DNA from: Nitrospinaceae bacterium | GTDB taxonomy: Bacteria; Nitrospinota; Nitrospinia; Nitrospinales; Nitrospinaceae | Direction of reading: 5' to 3' | NCBI GenBank assembly: GCA_965223665.1 | Contig: OZ245011.1 | Location: 64,001-128,000, forward strand | Length of the DNA stretch: 64,000 nt | Shown: positions 52,706 through 63,368 of the stretch, one piece after another | How positions within the stretch are numbered: the first letter of the stretch is position 1 | How the letters are laid out: each line of letters opens with the position of its first letter | Position numbers and translations under genes: made by a program | Notes under the pieces: generated by a model | What the model saw: only the letters and a program-made list of their open reading frames with translations | Databases searched by the model: none | Told to the model about the DNA's origin: nothing

Positions 52706-54686
52706 CCCCTAAGTCCTTTTCTCTTAAAAACTTTATTTTATCCCTCAATTCAGCGGCTTTTTCAAACTCCAAATTGCGAGCCGCATTATACATTTGCTTT
52801 TCTAATTTTGCTGCCAGTTCAATTACGTTTCCGCCTGGTAAATATTCTTCGGATTCTTCCATTGCTAAAGGGGTCTCGGAAAGCTGCTCAAGATTAATCA
52901 AAGATTCTTGTACAGATTTTTTTATGGTAGCGGGTGTGATGTTGTGTGTTTTATTAAATTCAATTTGAATTGTCCGTCTTCGTTCCGTTTCGTCTATGGC
53001 ATTTTGCATAGCTGAAGTAATTTTGTCAGCATACATTATGACATGTCCTTCCAAATTTCTGGCAGCACGTCCGGAGGTTTGAATTAATGAAGTGGCCGAC
53101 CTTAAAAAACCTTCCTTGTCAGCATCAAGAATCCCTATTAGAGAAACTTCGGGAAGATCTAGTCCTTCGCGGAGTAAATTTATTCCAATCAGGGCATCAA
53201 ATTCTCCCAATCTCAATTCACGGAGAATTTGTACACGATCAATAGTGGTGATGTCCGAGTGGAGATATTTTACTCTCAAACCCATTTCTGAAAAATGCTC
53301 TGTCAGGTCTTCAGCAAAACGTTTTGTGAGAGTAGTTACCAGAGTTCTTTCATTTCGTTTGGCTCGCTCCTTAATTTCATGAAACAAATCATCTACTTGC
53401 CCAGAAACAGGGCGAATTTCTATTTTAGGATCTATCAATCCCGTCGGCCGTACAATCAATTCTGCTATTTTATTATTTGATTTTTCTATTTCATATTCTG
53501 ATGGAGTGGCAGAAACATAAATTGCGTTTTCAACTTTTGTTGAAAACTCTTCAAATCTTAAAGGACGGTTATCAAATGCAGAGGGAAGACGAAATCCATA
53601 ACGTACCAAAGTTTCTTTTCGGGCGCGATCCCCATTATACATTCCGTGAAGTTGAGGAACTGTGGCATGGCTTTCATCTATCACAAATAAGGCATCTTCG
53701 GGGAAATAATCAAGTAAAGTGGGCGGAGGGCTTCCTGCTTCTCTTCCCATTAAATGACGCGAATAATTTTCGATTCCCTGGCAATATCCGATTTCACGAA
53801 TCATTTCTAAGTCGAACATTGTACGTTGCTCAATACGTTGGGCTTCTATTAGTTGATTTTGACTTTTGAAAAATTTAATCCTTTCGACCATTTCTTTATA
53901 GATATTTTCCATTGCTTCTTCTAATTGTTCTTTTGGAGTGGTGTAATGGCTGGCGGGATATATAGCAATTCGATCTAAATCTCTTACTTTATTTAAAGTC
54001 AGTGGGTCTACAACAGAAAGATTTTCAATTTCATCACCAAAAAATTCCATTCGAATAGCTTCATTTCTTTCGTATACTGGCAAAACTTCGACTACATCTC
54101 CCCGAACGCGGAAGGTTCCTCTTTGGAAATCCACATCATTTCTTTTATATTGAATTTCAACTAACTTCCGCAATACTTTTTCCCGATCTAATGTCATTCC
54201 TTTTTCAAGAAATAACAACATTCCATGATAAGCCTCGGGAGAACCTAATCCATAAATACAGGAAACGCTAGCAACGATTAATACGTCTCGTCTTTCAAAA
54301 AGAGCATGAGTAGCTGCGTGCCGCATTTTATCGATTTCATCATTAATCGAAGCATCTTTTTCAATAAAAGTATCTGTAGTGGGTAAATAGGCTTCGGGTT
54401 GGTAGTAATCATAATAGCTGACAAAGTATCCCACTGCATTATCAGGAAAAAATGTTTTGAATTCATTGTATAACTGTGCGGCGAGGGTTTTGTTATGAGC
54501 CATGACTAGAGTAGGTCGTTGCAATTGTTCGACCACATTGGCTATGGTAAATGTTTTTCCCGAACCTGTAACTCCTAATAGAGTTTGGTGTGCAGGTCCT
54601 TTTTTCAATTCTTTTGCCAAAATTTCAATAGCTTGTGGCTGATGCCCCGCAGGTTTGAAGTCAGAAACCAGGTTAAATTCTTTCAT
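52689..54686 (-). CDS. uvrB: Excinuclease ABC subunit B
   Basis: [37 protein letters not shown]-terminal FEKAAELRD. Confidence 0.98.
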   Translation of the reverse strand: MKEFNLVSDFKPAGHQPQAIEILAKELKKGPAHQTLLGVTGSGKTFTIANVVEQLQRPTLVMAHNKTLAAQLYNEFKTFFPDNAVGYFVSYYDYYQPEAYLPTTDTFIEKDASINDEIDKMRHAATHALFERRDVLIVASVSCIYGLGSPEAYHGMLLFLEKGMTLDREKVLRKLVEIQYKRNDVDFQRGTFRVRGDVVEVLPVYERNEAIRMEFFGDEIENLSVVDPLTLNKVRDLDRIAIYPASHYTTPKEQLEEAMENIYKEMVERIKFFKSQNQLIEAQRIEQRTMFDLEMIREIGYCQGIENYSRHLMGREAGSPPPTLLDYFPEDALFVIDESHATVPQLHGMYNGDRARKETLVRYGFRLPSAFDNRPLRFEEFSTKVENAIYVSATPSEYEIEKSNNKIAELIVRPTGLIDPKIEIRPVSGQVDDLFHEIKERAKRNERTLVTTLTKRFAEDLTEHFSEMGLRVKYLHSDITTIDRVQILRELRLGEFDALIGINLLREGLDLPEVSLIGILDADKEGFLRSATSLIQTSGRAARNLEGHVIMYADKITSAMQNAIDETERRRTIQIEFNKTHNITPATIKKSVQESLINLEQLSETPLAMEESEEYLPGGNVIELAAKLEKQMYNAARNLEFEKAAELRDKIKFLREKDLGVIADR

Positions 54687-54745
54687 AATTCCAGTAATTG
54701 AGTGCTTGTGGAAAATTCCCGTGATATGTTAAATTACCATCAAAA

Positions 54746-54765
54746 GGAATATTGTACAATTTTCC
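54746..54765. promoter_or_regulatory. 20-bp near-perfect palindrome overlapping the putative uvrB -35
   Basis: GGAATATTGTACAATTTTCC; the minus strand reads TTGTAC, 17 bp, TAATTT (extended TG) towards uvrB. Confidence 0.45.
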
Positions 54766-54901
54766 CCACCCAGTCCTCACATTCTATTTTTCAACAATTT
54801 GAATGTAACAAAGGGTTTAGCAGTTTTGAAGAACTCAAGGGAGAATTTTTTTAAATTTTCAACATTAATTAGAGTCCCTCTATTTTTTAAAAAGGGTTTT
54901 T

Positions 54902-56098
54902 GTGAAATCCAATTCCCAAGAAGATATTGTTAAAACCATCCAATATAAAGATTCGACGATAACACTTATAGGGACCGCCCATGTTTCTCATAAAAGTGTC
55001 GAGTTAGTAGAAGAAAAGATTGCAGAAGGTAATTATGATTGTATTTGTGTGGAATTGTGTCCTCCTCGTTATCAAAATTTAAAAAATAGGTCTTGGTGGA
55101 AAAATCTGGATATCTTTCAAATTTTTAAACAAAAAAAGGGAAATTTATTACTCATTAATTTAGCATTATCTGCATATCAAAAACGTTTAGCAGAAAAAGT
55201 GGGAATTGAGCCGGGTCGAGAAATGTCCCGGTCGATTGAATTAGCTCAAGAGCATAATTTGCGTTTGGAAGTTATCGATCGAGATATTTCCACAACATTA
55301 CAGAGAATGTACCGTGAGGTTTCTTTTTGGCAGAAAATAAAACTTTTTGGCGGATTGGTCGCAAGCATATTTGTGGGAGAAGAAGTTACGGAAGACCAAA
55401 TTGAAGGCCTAAAAGAAGGTGATATGCTTCATTCTCTAGTTGATGAATTTGGGGAATCATTACCATCTGTAAAAAAAGTTCTAATTGACGAACGAGATCA
55501 ATATATGGCTGGAAAGCTTGCACAATTGGTAGACCAGGCCGACGGTCCCAAAAATATATTAGCAATGGTTGGTGCAGGTCATTTAATTGGAATGATGCCT
55601 GCACTGGAGTCTCCGCCCGATAGGCAAGCTCTTGAAAAGCTGGAAACAAAACCTCCTCCTAGTCGTTCAGGATATTATTTTGGATGGGGAATTTGTATTG
55701 TTATTTTGAGTATGTTTTTCATTGGTTACTACAAATCCCCCGAGTTAGGGTGGCAAATAATAATTACCTGGGTTGTCTTGAATGGAGGGTTGAGTGCTTT
55801 AGGCGCCGCTTTAGCTTTGGCTCACCCCGTTTCAGTCCTGACGGCTTTTTTAGCTGCACCATTGACCTCCCTAAATCCTACAATAGGCGCAGGAATGGTG
55901 GTTGGAATGGTGGAATCCTTTCTTAGAAAGCCTAAGGTGAGTGACTTTGAGTCTATGCGAGATGACGTGGCTCATGTGAAAATGTGGTGGAAAAATGGAG
56001 TTGTACGTGTTTTTTTGGTTTTCTTCTTTGCAAATTTAGGCTCCGCGGTAGGAACGTTTGCCGCAGGGACTTCCATATTTAAGCAAATCATTGGGTAG
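54902..56098 (+). CDS. TraB/PrgY/GumN family protein
   Basis: LIGTAHVS, VEL..R, EM, DRDI, LIDERD, VGAGH, C-terminal TMs. Confidence 0.9.
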   Translation: MKSNSQEDIVKTIQYKDSTITLIGTAHVSHKSVELVEEKIAEGNYDCICVELCPPRYQNLKNRSWWKNLDIFQIFKQKKGNLLLINLALSAYQKRLAEKVGIEPGREMSRSIELAQEHNLRLEVIDRDISTTLQRMYREVSFWQKIKLFGGLVASIFVGEEVTEDQIEGLKEGDMLHSLVDEFGESLPSVKKVLIDERDQYMAGKLAQLVDQADGPKNILAMVGAGHLIGMMPALESPPDRQALEKLETKPPPSRSGYYFGWGICIVILSMFFIGYYKSPELGWQIIITWVVLNGGLSALGAALALAHPVSVLTAFLAAPLTSLNPTIGAGMVVGMVESFLRKPKVSDFESMRDDVAHVKMWWKNGVVRVFLVFFFANLGSAVGTFAAGTSIFKQIIG

Positions 56099-56104
56099 TT
56101 TTCC

Positions 56105-57040
56105 ATGGCTTTTATTGAACCACTTATAGTGGTGACCCCTCCTCCAATTTTTAAGTCCTCTTCTTTACGATTAGAATTATCGAAGAAATTTATTAATTTG
56201 GTATTTAATCAAGAGAATCGGTATTTAAAAGAGAATGAACTAATTGAATTGTGTCAGGGGGCACAAGGCTTACTTGTTGGCCGTGACCTGATTACGGAAA
56301 AAGTTCTTTCTTCTCTCCCAAATTTAAAAATTATTTCTAAATATGGAGTTGGCTTGGACAATTTGGATCAGGATCTACTTAAACTTTACAAAGTTAAATT
56401 GGGGTGGACACCAGGTGTAAACAAACGCTCTGTAGCTGAACTCACTCTCGGCTTTATGCTAGGTTTAATTCATAATATTTTTAAGGCAGGGTATTCTTTA
56501 AAACATTCTCGATGGAAAAAGGATGGAGGAAATGTATTGCAGGGAAAGAATGTTGGCATTATAGGATGCGGAAATATCGGAAAAGAGGTTATCAATTTAC
56601 TTCATCCTTTTGGATGCAATGTATTGGTTCATGATATTCTTAAAATGACAGAATATTGTCAAAAAGTTGGTGCGTCTGAGGTGGGATTGGACAGATTATT
56701 AGGTGAGTCAGATATTATTTCACTACATGTTCCTTTGACACCAGAAACCAAGAATATGATAAACAAAGAGACATTCGAAAAAATGAAAATTTCTGCTTTT
56801 TTAATCAATACAAGTCGAGGAGATGTTGTAAATGAATCGGACCTAAAGTTTGCCTTGCTTAAAAATAAAATAGCCGGCGCAGCTTTAGATGTTTTTTCCA
56901 TTGAACCACCGGAAGACAGAGAATTATTGGCTTGTCCGTCATTGATGGTGACTCCTCATATCGGAGGAAATTCATTAGAAGCCGTAGAATTAATGGGGCA
57001 ATCTGCTATAAATCATTTAGTCGATTATTTTGGGAAATAA
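56105..57040 (+). CDS. D-2-hydroxyacid dehydrogenase (phosphoglycerate dehydrogenase-like, no ACT domain)
   Basis: YGVGLDN, GCGNIG, LHVPLT, NTSRG, DVF..EP, TPHIGG. Confidence 0.85.
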   Translation: MAFIEPLIVVTPPPIFKSSSLRLELSKKFINLVFNQENRYLKENELIELCQGAQGLLVGRDLITEKVLSSLPNLKIISKYGVGLDNLDQDLLKLYKVKLGWTPGVNKRSVAELTLGFMLGLIHNIFKAGYSLKHSRWKKDGGNVLQGKNVGIIGCGNIGKEVINLLHPFGCNVLVHDILKMTEYCQKVGASEVGLDRLLGESDIISLHVPLTPETKNMINKETFEKMKISAFLINTSRGDVVNESDLKFALLKNKIAGAALDVFSIEPPEDRELLACPSLMVTPHIGGNSLEAVELMGQSAINHLVDYFGK

Positions 57041-57043
57041 ATT

Positions 57044-57856
57044 ATGAGATGGAATCGTTTTTTTCTTGCATTACTAGGAATTAATTTAATTGTTTTTCCG
57101 ACTATACAGGTTTGGGGAAATGACATTGATCCAAATGAAGTGTTACGTCTTCTTAAAAAAAAGAAGGAAAATGAAGAGATTCAATTGAGAGAATTTTCAA
57201 AGATGGTGTTGATTCCGGAAGGCAAATTCTTCATGGGTCGCAAGGGAATAAATAAAAATGAAATGCCTGCGCACCAGTTATCTTTAGATTCCTTTTATAT
57301 AGATAAGTATGAAGTAACACAACTTCAATATCTTAACGTAATGCAACGCAATCCCAGTTATTTTAAGAATTGTCCACTTTGTCCTGTGGAAAAAGTTAGT
57401 TATTATCATGCAGAGGAATACTGCAAGAAGCTTGGAAAGCGACTTCCCACGGAAGCGGAGTGGGAAAAAGCTGCCAAAGGTGGAATGCCAGGGGAATTCT
57501 ATTGGGAACATGAAAAAGCAGAATTATTTGCCTGGTATGGAAATAACTCCGGAAACAAAACTCAACCGGTGGGAGAGAGGCAACCCAATTTATTTGGGAT
57601 TCATGATATGGCGGGTAATGTATGGGAATGGGTTTCGGATTGGTATGAGGAGGAATTTTATAAAACCAGTCCAAGCGTAAATCCCAAAGGACCAAAAAAG
57701 GGTAAAGAAAAGGTGGTCCGAGGTGGGTCTTGGGGAGATCCTCCGGAAAGATTGGCTCATGCGTATCGAAATTTTAAAGAACCGGATACAAGCTATATTA
57801 ATGTTGGATTTCGATGTGCCTCCAATAATATTGTAAAGCAAAATAATCATGGATGA
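57044..57856 (+). CDS. Exported FGE-sulfatase (SUMF1-like, C-type-lectin fold) domain protein
   Basis: Signal peptide, YEVT, RLPTEAEWEKAA, GIHDMAGNVWEW, RGGSW, GFRC. Confidence 0.88.
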   Translation: MRWNRFFLALLGINLIVFPTIQVWGNDIDPNEVLRLLKKKKENEEIQLREFSKMVLIPEGKFFMGRKGINKNEMPAHQLSLDSFYIDKYEVTQLQYLNVMQRNPSYFKNCPLCPVEKVSYYHAEEYCKKLGKRLPTEAEWEKAAKGGMPGEFYWEHEKAELFAWYGNNSGNKTQPVGERQPNLFGIHDMAGNVWEWVSDWYEEEFYKTSPSVNPKGPKKGKEKVVRGGSWGDPPERLAHAYRNFKEPDTSYINVGFRCASNNIVKQNNHG

Positions 57857-58448
57857 CCCTGGATATTCAAAAGAACATTGGCAAAGTCATTATGAATCTG
57901 GTGAATTGCCTTGGGATTTGGGAAAAGTTTCTCCTGCATTCGTTCATTTATTGGAGCAAAATATTCTTCTACCTGGAAAACTAATTGTCCCAGGCTGTGG
58001 ACAAGGGCATGAGGTAATATTTTTTGTTGGTAACGGTTTCGAGGTTACCGCAGTAGATATTGCTCCCGGTGCGGTAGATTTACTTAAGAATGCATTGCGC
58101 AAGCAAGGATTAAATGCAGAGGTAATAAACCAAGATTTTTTCAAGCTAAAAGAAAACTATAATGAAACTTTCGATTATATGTTAGAGCAAACATTTTTTT
58201 GTGCGATTCATCCTTTGCAACGTTCTCTTTATGTGGAAACTTCACATCGCATTTTAAAGCCAGGGGGAAAAATTTTTGGTCTTTTTTACGAAACGGGTGA
58301 GGCGGGTGGCCCCCCTTTTAATACGACTGAATTAGATGTCCGTGAGTTTTTTGCTCCTCGTTTTAAAATTCTCTCATTGAAAAAAAATAATAACTCCGTT
58401 GATCGTCGAAAAGAAAAGGAATGGTTGGCAATACTTGAGAAAAGATAA
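57849..58448 (+). CDS. Thiopurine/thiol/halide S-methyltransferase family (TPMT-like)
   Basis: PWDLG, VPGCGQG, DFF, EQTFFCAI, GPPF. Confidence 0.87.
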   Translation: MDDPGYSKEHWQSHYESGELPWDLGKVSPAFVHLLEQNILLPGKLIVPGCGQGHEVIFFVGNGFEVTAVDIAPGAVDLLKNALRKQGLNAEVINQDFFKLKENYNETFDYMLEQTFFCAIHPLQRSLYVETSHRILKPGGKIFGLFYETGEAGGPPFNTTELDVREFFAPRFKILSLKKNNNSVDRRKEKEWLAILEKR

Positions 58449-58475
58449 ATTTATCAAAAAACATTTGTTGATAAT

Positions 58476-59138
58476 TTATCCTTTTAAAGGAAGTAAGCAT
58501 TCCATGGAATCATTTTTTGGGGAATTGATTAAGTTGGAAATTGGAAAAAATTCCAATTCATCAGTATATGGCTTTAGGAGCTCTTTTAAGGTTTCACTGG
58601 AAGTTGTGGGGGTGAGCCAATTTGAATATTCCTCAGGAGGTATTATTACCGGCATCCTATGATGAATGCTTTTTAGGGCTGTATTTGCTTCTGTAGTAAT
58701 TATTGTAAATGTTTTAAGTTTTGTAGAGCCTTGGTTCCATTCAGACCATAATCCAGCAAATGCAAATAAATCATGAGACGCCATTTGTATATATTGAGGA
58801 ACTTTTTTATCCCCATTTGATTTCCATTCAATAAAGCCATCAGTTGGCACTAAACAACGCTTTGATTTGAAGGATGATTTAAAACTTGGTTTTTCTTCGA
58901 CGGTTTCAGCGCGAGCATTAATCATTCTATTTCCTATTTTTTCCTCTTTTGCCCAACTGGGAATTAAACCCCAACGCATTAGGGTTAGTTGCCTATTTTC
59001 TTGAGTAGAAACTACTATTGGAATATTTTGGGTTGGAGCAATGTTGAATCGCGATTTGAACTCTAACGATATTTTTTCAATTTTGAAATGTTCTTGAATA
59101 GTTTTAATGGGTTTGGTTAGACTGAATCTTCCACACAT
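58476..59138 (-). CDS. SOS response-associated peptidase (SRAP/YedK, abasic-site crosslinking)
   Basis: N-terminal MCGRF, NIAPTQ, RWGL, INARAE, GFIEW, IHHRMP. Confidence 0.95.
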   Translation of the reverse strand: MCGRFSLTKPIKTIQEHFKIEKISLEFKSRFNIAPTQNIPIVVSTQENRQLTLMRWGLIPSWAKEEKIGNRMINARAETVEEKPSFKSSFKSKRCLVPTDGFIEWKSNGDKKVPQYIQMASHDLFAFAGLWSEWNQGSTKLKTFTIITTEANTALKSIHHRMPVIIPPEEYSNWLTPTTSSETLKELLKPYTDELEFFPISNLINSPKNDSMECLLPLKG

Positions 59139-59237
59139 AAATTGAAAAATGTTAAGGATTTGTGAAAATTATATATTATATTAAGAGTTTCAAAAATATA
59201 AGAAATTTATCATGATATTAATAAAGAAAAGATAAAA

Positions 59238-60650
59238 ATGATGGAAATTAAAAACGGTAAAAAAATTTATTCAGGGATTTTTCGCGATGGAGGTGCTGGA
59301 AAATTTGCAAAACGTCGTTATCGTTTGCGCCGTTCAAAGTTGATGCAAAAAGAGGATAAGCTTATCGTCTTAACAGGTGTTCCTTATGGGCCTGGGGCGG
59401 AAACAACATGGACTTACGCACATGCTCCCACTTATCAGGAACCTTCTTTAATGTATCTCACAGGGATTAATCAAAATGAAGTTTTACTGATGCTTGATCC
59501 GGGTTCTAAAGAATCCGAAGAGATACTTTTCGTAAAAGCTAAAGACCCCTCTAAAGAATTTTGGGATGGAGTTAGGTTCGGTGTAGGTGACCCCAAATCC
59601 GAAAAAGAAGTAAAGCAAATTACTGGTATCAATGATGTGAGAAATATTGATGATTTTGAAAAAGTTTTTCATGAGAGATTAAGCAAGAGAAGGAAAAAAA
59701 GAGTCGGTACTTTTTGGTTAGAAGGGAAATCCGGAAAAAAAACAAAAAAAATAAAAACAGATCATAATTGGAAATTTAAAAAAAGAATTGAGGGTTTGCT
59801 TCAAAAATGGAAAAAAAGAAATATCATATTATCCAATATAATGAGCTCTCATTTTGAATTGCGCTTACCTTTAGACAAGTATGATGTGGCAAATACCCTA
59901 AAAGCTCAAAAGATTACTGGAGATGCCTTTAAAAATACTTTGCGACAATTTTATAGATTTAATAATGAGTGTCAGGTGCAAGGTTTTCTTGAAGGGCATA
60001 TGTTGATGGAATCTCCTTATGGATTAAGTTTTCCTGGAATAATTGCGTCTGGATCGAATGCGACCGTGCTGCATTATATGAAAAATGATGATTCATTCAC
60101 AAAAAAGGAATTAGTGCTCCTCGATTTTGGAGTGCGATGGATGACTATGCATGCTGATATTTCCAGGACCGTGCCCGCTTCAGGAAAATTTAATCCGATG
60201 CAAAAAATTTTATATGAAATTGTATTGTCCGCTCAGTTAGCGGTTGAGAAAGTAGCTAAAGCAGGAATAACCATTGTTGAGTTAAATGAGATTTGTTGGA
60301 AAACTTTAGAGGAAGAGCTTGAAAAGAAATTTAAAGCAAAAGGTGGGGTTTGTGAACTTCAATATGATTTCAATCCTCATGGAGTCAGCCACTTAATCGG
60401 CGAACAAGAACATGACGGTGACCCATTCCGAGCATATGGACGGGAACCTATGAAAGCGGGATGGCTGATAAGTAACGAACCTGGAATTTACGGGAAATTT
60501 AAAATCAAACTTAATGGAAAAAATTATAACGAAGAGTTGGGAATTCGATTGGAAGATAATTTGTTAATTACCAAGATGGGTTGTAAAAACCTTTCGGAGG
60601 GAATTCCCAAGCGTGTTTGGGAAATCGAAAAATTAATGGAAAAAAAATAA
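59238..60650 (+). CDS. pepP: Xaa-Pro aminopeptidase (M24B)
   Basis: YLTG, WDG, LHY and metal ligands in LDFG, ADIS, HGVSH, NEPG, RLED. Confidence 0.85.
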   Translation: MMEIKNGKKIYSGIFRDGGAGKFAKRRYRLRRSKLMQKEDKLIVLTGVPYGPGAETTWTYAHAPTYQEPSLMYLTGINQNEVLLMLDPGSKESEEILFVKAKDPSKEFWDGVRFGVGDPKSEKEVKQITGINDVRNIDDFEKVFHERLSKRRKKRVGTFWLEGKSGKKTKKIKTDHNWKFKKRIEGLLQKWKKRNIILSNIMSSHFELRLPLDKYDVANTLKAQKITGDAFKNTLRQFYRFNNECQVQGFLEGHMLMESPYGLSFPGIIASGSNATVLHYMKNDDSFTKKELVLLDFGVRWMTMHADISRTVPASGKFNPMQKILYEIVLSAQLAVEKVAKAGITIVELNEICWKTLEEELEKKFKAKGGVCELQYDFNPHGVSHLIGEQEHDGDPFRAYGREPMKAGWLISNEPGIYGKFKIKLNGKNYNEELGIRLEDNLLITKMGCKNLSEGIPKRVWEIEKLMEKK

Positions 60651-60652
60651 AA

Positions 60653-61117
60653 CTATATTTCTTTTAATGCCTCCATTACTTCTTCAACGTGGCCCTTAAC
60701 TTTTACTTTAGGAAAAACTTTCCGAATTATTCCAGACTTATCAATGATGAATGTGCTTCTTACAATTCCCATAAATGTTTTTCCATATAACTTTTTTTCC
60801 TGCCAAACTCCGTATTTGTTAACAACCTTTTGGTCTACATCTGCCAGTAAACTAAATGGCAAATCGTATTTTTCAATAAATTTTTGATGGCGCTCGGCGG
60901 AGTCTATGCTCACACCCAAAATCTCAGTGTGTTTAAATTTTTTGAAGTTATCTCTAAAGTCACAAGCTTCTGTAGTGCAACCAGGAGTCATGTCCTTGGG
61001 ATAAAAGTATAAGACAACATTTTTCTTGCCTTTGAAGGAGCTAAGCTTAATTTTCTTATTATTTTGATCAACTACAGTGAAATCTGGCGCTTTTTTTCCC
61101 TCTTGGAGCATAGACAT
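60653..61117 (-). CDS. bcp: Thioredoxin-dependent peroxiredoxin Bcp/PrxQ
   Basis: YFYPKDMTPGCTTEAC, GVSID, RSTFIID. Confidence 0.95.
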   Translation of the reverse strand: MSMLQEGKKAPDFTVVDQNNKKIKLSSFKGKKNVVLYFYPKDMTPGCTTEACDFRDNFKKFKHTEILGVSIDSAERHQKFIEKYDLPFSLLADVDQKVVNKYGVWQEKKLYGKTFMGIVRSTFIIDKSGIIRKVFPKVKVKGHVEEVMEALKEI

Positions 61118-61125
61118 TGTTCCTA

Positions 61126-61593
61126 TTAAAATTTTAGTTTATCTAGAGTTTGATCCAAATTTTTATTTAAGGAATTAATCATTTCCATTATTTTTTTTGG
61201 CGAAGTTCTCCCTGGAGTTTTGTTGGTTATCATTCTTGCCTCACCTAATCTTGCATCAATGAGATCATAGGTTTCTTTTGTGGGAGATTTACCATCATTG
61301 CAGAAACTTTCAAAACCCACTACTAAACGTTGCAACTTCCCATCAATTTGAAAGCCCAAAGTCGAATCTTTTTTTAAGGCAGAGGACTTTTCCATATAAC
61401 CCCATAATCCTCCTATCATCCCTTGAGAGCGCTCAAAAGATCCTCGTAATTGTTTCGTGGCTTCTTTACAAGTATCTGCATTTGCAACTTTAGAAACTGT
61501 GCTAAGTAAAAATACTGATACAAGGAAGAACCCCAAAGATTTAAAAACTAAAGTAGGCCTAATCGATTTATAAATAAACATTCCCATCTCCAT
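61126..61593 (-). CDS. Hypothetical exported alpha-helical protein
   Basis: Signal peptide ending ANA-D, two Cys; no family recognised; start uncertain. Confidence 0.6.
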   Translation of the reverse strand: MEMGMFIYKSIRPTLVFKSLGFFLVSVFLLSTVSKVANADTCKEATKQLRGSFERSQGMIGGLWGYMEKSSALKKDSTLGFQIDGKLQRLVVGFESFCNDGKSPTKETYDLIDARLGEARMITNKTPGRTSPKKIMEMINSLNKNLDQTLDKLKF

Positions 61594-61758
61594 GTATTGG
61601 GTAAGTAATTGACCAGAATAAAGTAAAAGGCAGGTTATAGACTGATCTCTTGGTCTTTAGGGCATCTAATCAAGAATGACAATCGATGTCAAATTAAATT
61701 CCGTTAATTTATTGATAATAAAATAAATATGAAGGTAAGTCTTTGTAAAGTAGGTCGC

Positions 61759-63354
61759 TTAATTGAAAACTTTGTGATTTTTTAAAAGGGAAAAAGTGGG
61801 ATCCTTAGAAAGAGTTTTTAATATTTCAGGGTTTATTCTTTTAATAATTGATAAATATTTTAAGGTTCCTTTCTTGTCTTCTTTTTTTGAGTAACATTTT
61901 GCTAAGAGAATATGTAGCGGTATCAGGTTATCTTGTTCAGGATGTGAAATTAAAGTTCGTTCCAAAAGAGAAATTGCCCGGGTGTATTGTTTGGTTTGGT
62001 AATAAACATGAGATGTATTTAATTTGCTATCCAGGTTCGACGGGTCGATTTGAAGAACTGCAGAATAAATTGCCAGAGCTCTTTTAAACATACCGTAATT
62101 AGCGAATACTTTTCCTTTTTGATTTAAAGCTGCGACAGGATGGAAAAATAATTCTTCGGGATCTTGAATGGGTTTGCCTACCCGTGGTTTGGTAGGAATT
62201 TCCTCCAAACTCAATTGAGCCAATTGATCTGGGTCCCCTAAGGATTTGGACAACTCATAATACTCTTTAGCTTTTTTTAAATTACCGCGCATTATAGAAA
62301 TATCACCAAGTTCTTGGTATCCCTTCGCCTGCAGATCGCGATTATTTTTTGAATTATTAATCAAGTTTTTAACCGAATTTTCTGAAAGCTCTAAACGTAA
62401 AAATAAACTAGACATCCCTATTAAAATTTCGCGAATGATAGGGTCATCCTTCTTCAAGTTTGCGGCAGTTTGAATCTCAAAAAGGGATAATCCGTATTTC
62501 CCATTTTTGTAGAAACTTTTAGAGCGACCTAAATGATATTGGGAAGGAATAATTTTTTTAGGAATTTGATTTAATCTGTCTTGCTCAATGAGTTCAATAA
62601 GAGATCGGGCTGCTTCTGCTTTAGGGTGATTCCTGTAATTTTGCCAAATATTATCCAGGGTCAATTTTGCTAAATCCAGTTTGTTTTCTACCGCATAAAG
62701 ATATCCTAACTGGTATGCAGATTCTTGATCTTCTTGATTTAATTTTAAAGCCTTTTTAAAAGCCTTTTCTGCCGAGCCCAAATCATTTAAATAAAGAAAA
62801 TTCATTCCTCTCTCATAAAAGAATTCTGAATTATCTGGATCTAAGTTTGCTGCTAGGGTGAGCTCTTTATTGGCCTTTTTCATTTCCCCATTTGCCGCTA
62901 ATGTAATTGCATATTCATAATGTGCCTGTGCGCTACTTTTATGGTTTTGAATTGAATTCTTGCAGGATTGTAAGGCCAATTTTGCTTTTCCGAAATTTCG
63001 GTAGAATACGCAATAAGCATAATGTAACGCCGAGTGATTCTGGTTAAGTTTTTTCGCTTGATTTAAAGTATTTAACCCATTTTTATATTTGCCTAACTCA
63101 TTTAATAAAAATGCTTTTATAAAAAAAGCGGTATCTAGTTTAGGTTTTTTTTCTAAATATAAATTGATAGTTTTTAAAGCTTCAGCAAAGTTATTTTCTT
63201 TTACTAATTGTTGAACCTTTAAAAATGTTGAGTTAGTTTTATCTGAGGAAGAGTTTGCAACTATATCCATTTTGGGAAAGGCTGCCCAGGAAATACCTAA
63301 AATCGAAAAATGGAGAAATGAAAGTAAAATAAGTATCTTTAACCAATTTGCCAT
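61759..63354 (-). CDS. Exported tetratricopeptide-repeat protein
   Basis: Signal peptide (SWA) and repeated TPR patterns such as FYERG..LGSAEKAFKKALKLN. Confidence 0.85.
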   Translation of the reverse strand: MANWLKILILLSFLHFSILGISWAAFPKMDIVANSSSDKTNSTFLKVQQLVKENNFAEALKTINLYLEKKPKLDTAFFIKAFLLNELGKYKNGLNTLNQAKKLNQNHSALHYAYCVFYRNFGKAKLALQSCKNSIQNHKSSAQAHYEYAITLAANGEMKKANKELTLAANLDPDNSEFFYERGMNFLYLNDLGSAEKAFKKALKLNQEDQESAYQLGYLYAVENKLDLAKLTLDNIWQNYRNHPKAEAARSLIELIEQDRLNQIPKKIIPSQYHLGRSKSFYKNGKYGLSLFEIQTAANLKKDDPIIREILIGMSSLFLRLELSENSVKNLINNSKNNRDLQAKGYQELGDISIMRGNLKKAKEYYELSKSLGDPDQLAQLSLEEIPTKPRVGKPIQDPEELFFHPVAALNQKGKVFANYGMFKRALAIYSAVLQIDPSNLDSKLNTSHVYYQTKQYTRAISLLERTLISHPEQDNLIPLHILLAKCYSKKEDKKGTLKYLSIIKRINPEILKTLSKDPTFSLLKNHKVFN

Positions 63355-63368
63355 AGGTAGGTAATTTT

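Noticed and set aside
54902-56098. TraB as evidence of a conjugative element
   Set aside because: It is the TraB/PrgY/GumN family common on chromosomes; there is no relaxase, T4SS or integrase nearby.
57044-57856. True formylglycine-generating enzyme
   Set aside because: The catalytic Cys pair that follows RGGS in FGE is absent (RGGSWGDPPERLAHAYR), and no sulfatase is nearby.
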